A stretch of 64,000 bases of DNA from Amoebidium appalachense (taxonomy: Eukaryota; Protista; Ichthyosporea). Every line of letters starts with the position of its first letter. Positions within the stretch are counted from its first letter, which is position 1. The notes under the pieces were generated by a model. That model was given only the letters and a program-made list of their open reading frames with translations. It ran no database searches and was not told where the DNA came from. The stretch covers positions 16,773,615-16,837,614 of the forward strand of contig CAVNZM010000002.1 of the NCBI GenBank assembly GCA_963693365.1. Reading direction: 5' to 3'. Below, piece by piece: positions 39,704 to 64,000 of this stretch. The position numbers and the translations under genes were made by a program.

Positions 39704-40068
39704 CGTGCATCTGTAAGCACATACGCGTTTTTCGCTGCACTGCATTAGTTTGCACACACATCTTCACCGTTCTGCTCACCTTGCTTGCATAAGCAACCCT
39801 GCTCGTCTTTGATCAAGACGGGTTGACCCACCCAAGTTCAGTTGATGCTGCTGTCTGAGTTGGAGCGTCGTATATACGCGGGCTAAGGGGTCGAAACTCA
39901 GACGCAATTGATGACTTGGGCCCTCCCTGAGGATGGGCTCTGCTTATGACGCATACTGTGCGCATGGCTGATGTTGCACACTTGAATGTTTGCCTTTGCA
40001 TGTGTCCTGCACCATGCTTCTCATCGTGTATGTGTACTTCGTACTGTGTTCCGCATTCAAACCCCCCC
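39704..40068 (+). mobile_element. 5'-truncated monomer of the 452-bp element
   Basis: Near-identical to the array unit; poly(C) on both sides; same 3' end. Confidence 0.9.
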
Positions 40069-40072
40069 CCCC

Positions 40073-40103
<31 letters not shown>

Positions 40104-40367
40104 ACATACACACCTTAAACAAAATTTTAGTTAAAAAAAATATCTGACGCGCACACACGCGCGTGCGCACCCACACCCACACACGCGCGCGCGCACGGGG
40201 GTAAATACATGTACACACCGTACCCGTGCCGTTCCATTCTATCTTTATTCCTCCTGTCTATTTCACCATATCACATTCCTTTCTCTCTCCTTCTGCCCTC
40301 TCAATCCCTGTTGCCAAAAATCTATCCTCTCCACACGTTTTGCCTTCCCCCCTCCTCCCTCTCCCTC

Positions 40368-40413
<46 letters not shown>

Positions 40414-42063
40414 CCACCACCACCACCACACAAACACACACACTCAAACTTGCACGGGCCAACTGCATGCCTCACCCAGTTAAGCACACCCATGACGACC
40501 ATGCCCACCACTTAAATACACACACCAACTATCCTACTCCTCCCCCCCCCCCCCCCCCCCCCCCCAACACCGCAACGATGTTATCCGTTGTGAATTTGTT
40601 CTTCGTACTGTGAAACAATCAAACCCCCCCCCCCCCCCCCCCCCCCCCCCACCACCACCACCACCACCACCCCCTTCTTCACCCACTCCCCTCCTCGCCC
40701 TCCTTGCCTTATTTATGCCTGACCTTCCCACCCCCATCCCCGCCTCCCCCCTCCCACGCGCACTCACCACACACCCTTTCCCCCGGGGAACTAACTCACT
40801 TTCAGGTTATTTCAGGTAAACCGTTTCCTCCTTGCTCTGGTCTGCTCTCCCCTCCTGATCATCTCGACATTTCCTTCTAATTGCTCAAATTGTTTTTTGG
40901 AAACACTCCCCCCCCCCCCCCCCCCCTCCCCCCACCTCACCTCGGGCTGTCCTCCCTTTTCTTCTATTCCTTAACACACCCACATGCATACACGCTCACG
41001 CCTACACACCCACACAGGCTCAATCGCTCACTTGCACGGGCACACCCACACGCACACACACCTCGCACGGACTAACCAACACCGCACACCACCACCGAAC
41101 TATTTATAGTCGACTCTTACGTATGGTCCCCATACATTTGCCCTTGTTTTCAACCTGCACCCACACGTGCATTCACCAACATACCACTAGGGCATAAGCG
41201 GCTAGCCGGACAGATTATGCAGGCACGCAAATGCTCCCAAAACACCGCATACACCCCACCATGGATGCTAGTGCCAACACCCCCACACCCACACCCACAA
41301 CACACACCCTCTGCGGACACACGCACAGACACATCCCCTTCTCTTTTCTTTCTGCCTTTTGAGTATCATTACAACCCGAAGATTTGTTTCATACTGCTGT
41401 GAGTGTGTGTTTTTCAACACAACGCGATGGCTGCCCGGTATCGTCAATGGAATAGACAATGCTCTAGATATGGCCAAAAGGCACAAATCCTATCCCCCCC
41501 CCCCCCCCCCCCCCCCCCCCACCCCCCCATCCGGTCCTCTCATTTCCCAGCGTGTGTGCAAACATTCCCATACACATAAATCAAATATGCAGACAAAGCC
41601 CAGAAGCTTGTCATATGATAAGGCACGTTCACAGTGCACGCCTACACACACATATCACACCGGCATGCATGCAAGAAAGTACCTGTAACACGTACGTACA
41701 CTCTTGTTTGAACACTAGCCGTCTGTTATACACACAAGGACATCCACACCGTAACACTCGCACACACACGTGCCTGGCACACACGCACACACACACGCAT
41801 AATTATACCGGCACACAACACACACAGGTATACATGATGGTGTAAGCGATACCGTTGCTTACAGCGTTGCTAGTACGTTTCCCGTTGCTTGCAGCCTTAC
41901 TGGCGCCGTTGCTTTACCGTTGGGGTGTGTCCAATGATGACAGTAATGGTGAGTGCAATGCCGTTGGTTGGACTTAGGGTGTAGGCAACCCATGTCATGT
42001 GAAAGCAACGGTGTCACTTCCACCATTAATGGAGTAATTGATGGTAGCACTAGCAGCATTACT

Positions 42064-42160
<97 letters not shown>

Positions 42161-42489
42161 CCACCCACCCGTGCACCCACACTCCCACACACAATTTTTA
42201 CAGGCAAAATAATAGCACTTGCTTTATGATCGATTTGTATCATTTCCTGCAATAATTATAATTATCAATATCCCCGGTCCCCTAGACCTGTATATGTTTT
42301 GTCGATGACTGACTTTCTAACATTTTTCATGTGTCATGAAGTGGCGTTTGTGAACCAAATGTGCACATGTTCAATGGCCGAGGTCATAATGACTTTGCAT
42401 TTGCGGCCATAATTTATTGAAATAGTATAAAACTTGTGCTGAAAAGCACATCTGCCGGCAGCAACAAAGCACGGCTAACAGCAATGTCT

Positions 42490-44720
<2,231 letters not shown>

Positions 44721-44900
44721 GTGGCGGGTGTGTGTGCAAGTGTATGGCCTGTGCGTCTGCATGAACATCAGCATGAGCAGCGATGTGTTTTAATCCTGCA
44801 GGAACCCAAACCTTATTTAATACTATGTTATGCGAGCACGTGTGAGCATATCCATCTGAAACTTCCTTAAGCGGAAAAAGAAAAAGTGCTGGATACACAC

Positions 44901-45074
44901 CTTCCTGCTCTGTCTGCTGCCCAGCAGGCGCCAGCCACGTGTGTCTCTGGTTGTGCAGTTTTCGGGTCGACCGAGCCACAATTTCCCTTCGCATAACGGG
45001 CAATAACATGGAGAACGCTCCATTCTGGGGCCTTTTGGTGGGCCAGAACCTTGTTCGTCTTGTAACCGCTTCAT
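44901..45074 (-). pseudogene. Probable N-terminal exon remnant of the transposon's transposase (Cys/His zinc-binding motif)
   Basis: MKRLQ...SPCYCPLCEG continues, with a 1-nt frameshift near 44985, as IVARSTRKLHNQRH and ends at GAAG|gtgtgt. No DDE core found downstream. Confidence 0.4.
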
Positions 45075-46152
45075 TCTCGCCGTGAATTATACAGCTATGG
45101 ACCTGGTACTGAGGTAGGAACAGCGCGGCTCCAGCACCATCGACGAAGAGTTCTCTTGAACGTTCGATTACGTAATTGCTTTCGCGTTAGTCTAGGGGTC
45201 GATGAGCAATGAGTTTAGGTGGAAAGCAAAGCTCATGAGTAAATACTGTTAGAGCAAACAGCATTGCTATTTACAATAAAAATTATACTATTAATTATTA
45301 TATAGAAATTATTTTTTGAAGAACAAACCATTTGCCACAGCCAGCTGCCTAAGACATAATCACGCATCCCGATCATGATCATGATCACGCGCGCATGCGC
45401 ATGATGTCAGAAACCGTGAAATCAATGGTACAGCCTTGCTGTTCTTCTATTTAGATGTAATTACGGCCCGTACAAAATAGTAAAACATACCCCAAAAAGA
45501 GAAAGAGAGAGAAGAAGCTCCAGGCCCCTAAAGATCATCACCCATAAAAAAAAATTGCAAAAAAGCCAATAACATTACAACTTCGAAAGCACCGCCAGGA
45601 GGACCAATCACAAGCTAGCAGCCAGTGCCCGACTCCTTTGATTGGCTGACGTTTGTGGCCTGTGTGAAAGCAACGACCAGTACCATCCGCAAAGCCCCCC
45701 TCCGCCTAAACCCTGTCTTGTATTGTTAACCGCACTACAAGTTGGAATATATATAAATAACGGATATAATTAAAAAATACTCTAACGGTTTTGTGAGATT
45801 TCAGTTGAATAATTTAGATGTTATAGGTAAATCTGTAGCCGGTTGCGATCTGCAGCCGGCTATAATTTTTACATCCCATGGTAATTTCAAGCTTGCGTAA
45901 AGAGCCCCAGGCCGTTTGTTCGCGCCTGTTTGAGAAAAGTCCGTCGTTTTTGCTACACACGGTCAGTTTGTTTTGGCGGGCGTTCTTAGAACATGTGGTT
46001 GACATTTTAGTGTTTATGTTAGAGGCTGCATGCATATTTGCAAACCAACAAAATGGCGCACATAACACACATGCACCACGCCATACTAGTTTGTGGAGAG
46101 CAACGTATACCAGCTGCGGTTGGCCATAGGCTCTACCGGTGCTGAAGGCTGC

Positions 46153-46162
46153 ACTATAAAAA
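46153..46162 (+). promoter_or_regulatory. TATA box of the transposon-borne 161-aa gene
   Basis: ACTATAAAAA ~150 bp upstream of ATG 46308. Confidence 0.5.
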
Positions 46163-46307
46163 GGTCCGTACAAGACGTAGTTATTCCACGCGGTCACAAA
46201 GGCTACTGTGTGACAAGGGTGTCCACGACTTTTCCTCTTGCAGCTACCCTCTGTCCTGTGTAGCGTTAGTGTGTCTTTTCCCAGCCGTCTAGACGTTGAC
46301 CATCAAA

Positions 46308-47387
46308 ATGAGCACGTTCCAGAAGATCGTCCGTGAGGTGAGGGTTTCTTTTTTACACCGTGCCAAGGGTATGCAGAAACTTAAAGATACGGTCATTCGG
46401 TTGCATAGGCCGCTGTAAACCCTACCTAGATTTTACGTTTTGTGTTTTGTCAGTCATCTCCCTTGCATGTACACGGTTGCCCCCCCTTCCCCCCTTTAAT
46501 TTTTTGGTGTGTTTTGTTCACTTTGGAGGAAGTGTTGTGATGGAAGCGAATGGGTCCGTCATTCAGAAAGCCAATTGTGACACACCCGTTGACTGCAGGA
46601 GAACAACGCCTTGGCAGAGCGCATTGCCGAGATGGTCCAGGCTGCCGTTCAGACTGCTCTCTCAGCTCAGCTGCAGCAAGCTCCAGCTCCAGCACCAAAG
46701 ATCCCTGCTAATGGCAAGACAAAGATCGAACTTCCTACGGTGAGTGGCTGGATGAGTCCTTTTATCATTGTACCAGTCTCTGAGCTATAAATACAAGAGG
46801 GGTTACTGTCCCCCCCCCCTCCCCCACTTTTGAATGGAAATTCCTACTTTTATGACATGTTAAAAAATAGCCGTTCTGCTGCTGCTGTGCTCTATGGTCG
46901 CTGCTCCTCCGTGTTTGGGGTGCCTTGTGAATGGTAGCTATGCCATAAGTAAAAGCTTTGGCGTGCCTTCGATAGTGATGGAGACCGGTGAGCTTTGGTG
47001 TGTCTTTGAGTAGCCTGTTTTTCCGCGCTTTCCCTCTTTTAAAAACAGAGAGCTAACGCATCTATTTCTCAGGGCACCGTTAGCAACGCCGTAAGAGCGC
47101 ATCTTCAGGACATGGATCAGAATGTTCTCGACTTCACCTGGGGCAAGATGGACAAGGCAGACAAGGGTGTGTTTGTCGCTGCTGTGCGCAACCACATTTC
47201 TGCGCGGGGGCACTTGACTGGTGAAGCGGCCAGCATCACGGACAAGCAGCTGTCATCTTCCATCGGGGAAACGTTGCGTACCATGAGATGCCGTGCCAAT
47301 AAGATGTCAGCGGAGGAGGAAGTGAAAGAGTATATGAAAATGTGTGGGATTGTTGTAGAGGCCGCTGCTGTAGAGGATGATGAATGA
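46308..47387 (+). CDS. Intact 3-exon 161-aa helical protein carried by the TIR transposon (possible BEN-like DNA-binding accessory protein)
   Basis: Exons 46308-46337, 46599-46739, 47073-47387 with canonical phase-0 GT-AG introns. MSTFQKIVRE-ENNALAERIAEMVQ...APAPAP...GTVSNAVRAHL...ITDKQLSSSIGETLRTMRCRANK...EDDE*. Confidence 0.8.
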
Positions 47388-47696
47388 TTGCATGCATGTG
47401 TCTATCCTGTCTCTCTTTTTGGTTGCAGCGTCACGAAAAAATCTCTTGATACTTAACAGCTATAGCGTGTTGTTGAACACGAGGGGCACATGTGTTATAC
47501 GTGTTTCTTAACACGGGTTTGGGATTGTGGTGCTGGTGTATCTGTATCATACAGTGGTGCTAGTGTGTATTTATTGAAGTGCATACGTGCACAGTTGTAC
47601 GGGTCTCTTCCGTGAATAAAACAAAAACGAAGTATGAAGTGTCTATCTAAAGTGAGCAGAACCCAGACGATGGGTGGGTGGGTGAAAAGCGGTCCG

Positions 47697-47737
<41 letters not shown>

Positions 47738-48536
47738 CGGTTCACCCCCACTCCTGCACTTGCACGTTGGTTCCTCCATTACTTTCACCGGTCACTGTGC
47801 AGTGAAGGGTGTGTTTTATTGCGTTGCTGTCGGTGTAGCCGCTGCCGGTGATTACACACTTGAATGGACGTTACTTACACGTGGCTTGCTGCAGTGATTG
47901 CTTGTTACTTACAACGTTGCTCACCCATTGGATATGTATATTGTGGGTGTACAATCAACGTGTTGCTTAACAATCAAATGCGTTGCTTACACATTACCTT
48001 GCCCCGTTGATACAACGTTTACTGCGCTACTTGCACGTTTGATTACACGTATTGTCATCATCAGTGATTGCACCGTTGGTTACACGTTGCTGGGTCGCTG
48101 GCCAAACCAACGGCATTGCTCACACCGTTGTAAAGTCCGTTGATTGTACCAGTGCCCTAAGGGAAGAAGCAACGGTCGAATCAAATGAGAAAGTAACGGT
48201 TGCTTACACCATCATGTATACCTGTGACAAGCACGCGCCTGGCACACACTTATACACGGCCAATGGATTGCAACGAGTTATAATTTAATGGTGTTAGTTG
48301 ATTGGAGGGAAAGCTCGATGCTCCCCACTAGCAAGGCTGGGGCAGGTTCCCCGGGCTGAGTCTGCATAATTAGAAATAGTTAGGTTGATTAGTGGTGTGT
48401 TACTAAGCTAATGGCACTACGGCAATTCAACTAGGGTACACTCGGTGCTGAGTGGAAGACGGTAGCCCACATGCATATGAGGGTAACCTTGGGGGGTGAA
48501 ACGGGATAAAAATAAAAAAAATAAAAAAACTTGAAT

Positions 48537-48578
<42 letters not shown>

Positions 48579-48593
48579 ACCCACCCACCGTGG

Positions 48594-48627
<34 letters not shown>

Positions 48628-48684
48628 CGCACACACACACACAAGCACACGCGCACAAGCACACGTGCACGTGGCACACACACT

Positions 48685-48725
<41 letters not shown>

Positions 48726-48740
48726 GCACACGCGCACGTG

Positions 48741-48781
<41 letters not shown>

Positions 48782-49271
48782 GCACAAGCATACGTGGGGT
48801 GGGGGGGAAGGGGGGGGGGGAGGGGGGAGGGGGCTTTGAGCCTGGGTTTGTGTGTGGTGGGTCACAAAAGGGGAGGGGGGGAGGGGGGTGTACGTGTGCA
48901 ATTACTCCAGCTTGAGCACATATGCATGCACGTGTGGAGGTAGTGCATTAACTCGAGTTTCAAACCGTTGAGAGCTCAAAATTGCTGACTAGGCTTAGTC
49001 CCGCCTGAGGCCTATTTCAAATTCAACAATCCCGTGGACGTCACGTATGTGCCATATTGTACGGCCACGTGCACTGATGTGTGTTTTTGATTTGCGTGTT
49101 TTCACTGACATGTATGTGAGTGCCTAGGCCTGTACGTGCCACCAGATGGTATTTGTTACGCCGTGTGCAGTGTGTGTGTGTGTGTATGTGTGGCCGTCAC
49201 GGCCCACGCGCGCGCGGTGTGTGTGCACGTGACGTGTGTGGATAAATGTGTGCCGGCGTGTGCCAGTGTAC

Positions 49272-49382
<111 letters not shown>

Positions 49383-49647
49383 GTGTGTGTGTGTGCCGTG
49401 TCAGTGTGTGAATGGTGTGCATGTGCGTGCCATGGTGCGTGTGCGTGCGTGCGTGCATGTATCATGTTTATAAGTGTGTGTTTGCGTACGTGTGTGTGTG
49501 TGACGGTGCCAGCACAGTGTGGCGTGTGTGTGTGTGTGACAGTGCCAGTCACAGTGTGGCCGGCAGTGTGTGTGTGTACATGTGTGCCGGTGTGTGTCGC
49601 AGTGTGTGTTGTGTGTGTGTGTGCCGTGTGTGTGTGTGTGTGCCGCG

Positions 49648-49706
<59 letters not shown>

Positions 49707-49775
49707 CATGTGTGCGTGTGTGCGTGTGTGCGACGGCGTGTTCGTTTGTGTGTGCGTGTGCGTGTGTGTGCGCGC

Positions 49776-49831
<56 letters not shown>

Positions 49832-49983
49832 ATGTGTGTATGTGCATGTGCACGTGTGCAGATCTGAGATGTGCAGATGCCAGATGTCAGATGTGCTGAT
49901 GTCATGATGCGTGCGCAGCATCATGCACGCCTCATGTACGTCTTATACGTGCATGTCACATAGAAACATAGACCCGCTGCGGG

Positions 49984-50014
<31 letters not shown>

Positions 50015-50339
50015 AGGGGGGGGAGGGAGGAGGGGGGGGGGGGGGGGGGGAGGAGGAGGACGTGGACATTTTCACGTGTCTCGCGTCAAGTACTCGGGCG
50101 CCCGCGACAACATTGAATGGAACGTATCATTGCATACCAAGTCAAAAACCGGCGATCGCCGCCAGAACTAACCTTTTTTAGCTCGCTGCGCTCGCTACCA
50201 TTGGATCGGAAAACACTATTCAATGATATGGTTTTGTGTCACTGGGTAGATATCGCAAAGTGTCTCAGTATTAGGAAAACCAAATACCACACATTCCGCC
50301 GTTAAGTTTCAGCTCAGAGGGGGTGCAATCGGAGTTATT

Positions 50340-50845
50340 GGCAGCCTAATGATTGGCTCGATTGTTAGCTCTTCCACCAATCACAAATGCGCAATTTGAC
50401 AAATAGCGCAAGCTAGATCTGCACATGGTTTAAGCCAATCATAAAGCTTGTGTGATCTTTTGCACTAGTTTAAAAAAGACGCTCGGATTGTTTAAAGTTA
50501 TAATTAATCCAATCGGCGCATCGACCAAAAGTCTGACGTCACATTCCATCCCTGAATTTAGGCAATCTGATTGGTTCGGCGGTTCGACCGAAAGTCCCCT
50601 GGCCTAGCCGGCATTTGATTGGCTGCGCTGGAAAACGCAGTAAGCCGTCGAATGTGGCTGGGCCTCCGGCAGTGTCCACGCAATAAAAAGTTTGAAACCC
50701 CGGCTACTACCGACAAGATTTCCGATGACTCCAGTTTTCTGGCCCCAAAATGTGTACCAATGGATGGGCAGGTAATCTAACTAAATGTGGGTGATAAAGC
50801 TGTATTTTCTGGTTGGTTGAACTGAATTTTTGGCGGGAAAAGTGT
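50340..50845 (+). promoter_or_regulatory. RTEL1 promoter: clustered CCAAT boxes, CRE, CHR-like and E2F sites
   Basis: CCAAT/ATTGG at ~50351, 50377, 50436, 50509, 50569, 50617, 50757; TGACGTCA 50534-50541; TTTGAA 50691-50696; TTTTGGCGGGAAAA 50828-50841. Confidence 0.6.
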
Positions 50846-51221
50846 GCCAGTGACAGCCAGCCGAGTCCTTGGTCGACGGTCCTTGCAACCTGGTCAAAGG
50901 CTTCAAGCAGTCAAGATTCTAAGAACATAAAGTGATAAGCATATGTATACCCTAGTCCATTCTGTTACTTGGTGGTTAAGCTTATTTCTCTAGGAATTAT
51001 ACCCATTTCATGTCCTCGTGAAGCCAGACCCAAAACCCTTATCTCTCTTGAGCTGAAGACATAAATTGTGGACCCCTGCTTCGACGAATGCCCTCACACT
51101 ATTTCATTTCAACATAGGTGGGAAACAAACGAAAGGAAGTATGTATCATTACTCCGAAGGCACATAATCAGACTAAACCAAGCCGAACACTATTTCGGTT
51201 GTTATCTCTTTTGCTGGAAAA

Positions 51222-63731
<12,510 letters not shown>

Positions 63732-63760
63732 GTTTGTTCCCCCCCCCCCCCCCCCCCCCT

Positions 63761-63791
<31 letters not shown>

Positions 63792-64000
63792 CCCCCTCCC
63801 CACCCTCCCCCTCCCATCCGTCCCTCCCTCCCTTCTTCAATCCCTCAGCCACCCTCCCCCCCATCCCCCTGCCCCTCTCTGCCCCCCCCCCCCCTCCCCC
63901 CACCCCCCCTTTCCCCCCCTTCCCCCCCCCCCTCTCCCCCCTCCCCCCCCCCCCCCCCCCGTCCCCCGCCCCTTCCTCGTGCCCATCCACCAACCCAACA

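Noticed and set aside
41382-41480. Exon-like segment FVSYCCECVFFNTTRWLPGIVNGIDNALDMAK before a C tract
   Set aside because: Isolated, needs a GC donor, and no partner exons were found.
41823-41830. Transib/RSS-like assignment of the CACAG terminus
   Set aside because: Flanks match over 3 bp only, not the 5-bp TSD of Transib.

Overview
Intron-rich eukaryotic DNA saturated with (CA/GT)n and poly(C/G) tracts. The lineage is not determinable here; a unicellular opisthokont is only a guess. Almost all six-frame ORFs are repeat artefacts. Hand-splicing recovers a 14-exon TOM1-like VHS+GAT gene (-), a 6-exon SPFH/band-7 gene (-), the first 18 exons of RTEL1 (+, runs off the window), a 3-exon 161-aa gene inside a transposon, and two intronless membrane-protein ORFs. 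Mobile DNA comprises a non-LTR RT retrotransposon cluster around a large inverted repeat with a solo LTR, a 6.4-kb CAC-ended TIR transposon and a MITE. The best novelty candidate is a ~452-nt non-coding repeat family, tandem and dispersed, with at least four subfamilies. It carries all three hammerhead-ribozyme core strands in a swapped, non-circularly permuted order with compensatory base changes, and its intact copies end at an internal C-run inside genomic poly(C) tracts. This suggests a retrozyme-like circular RNA that targets homopolymers.
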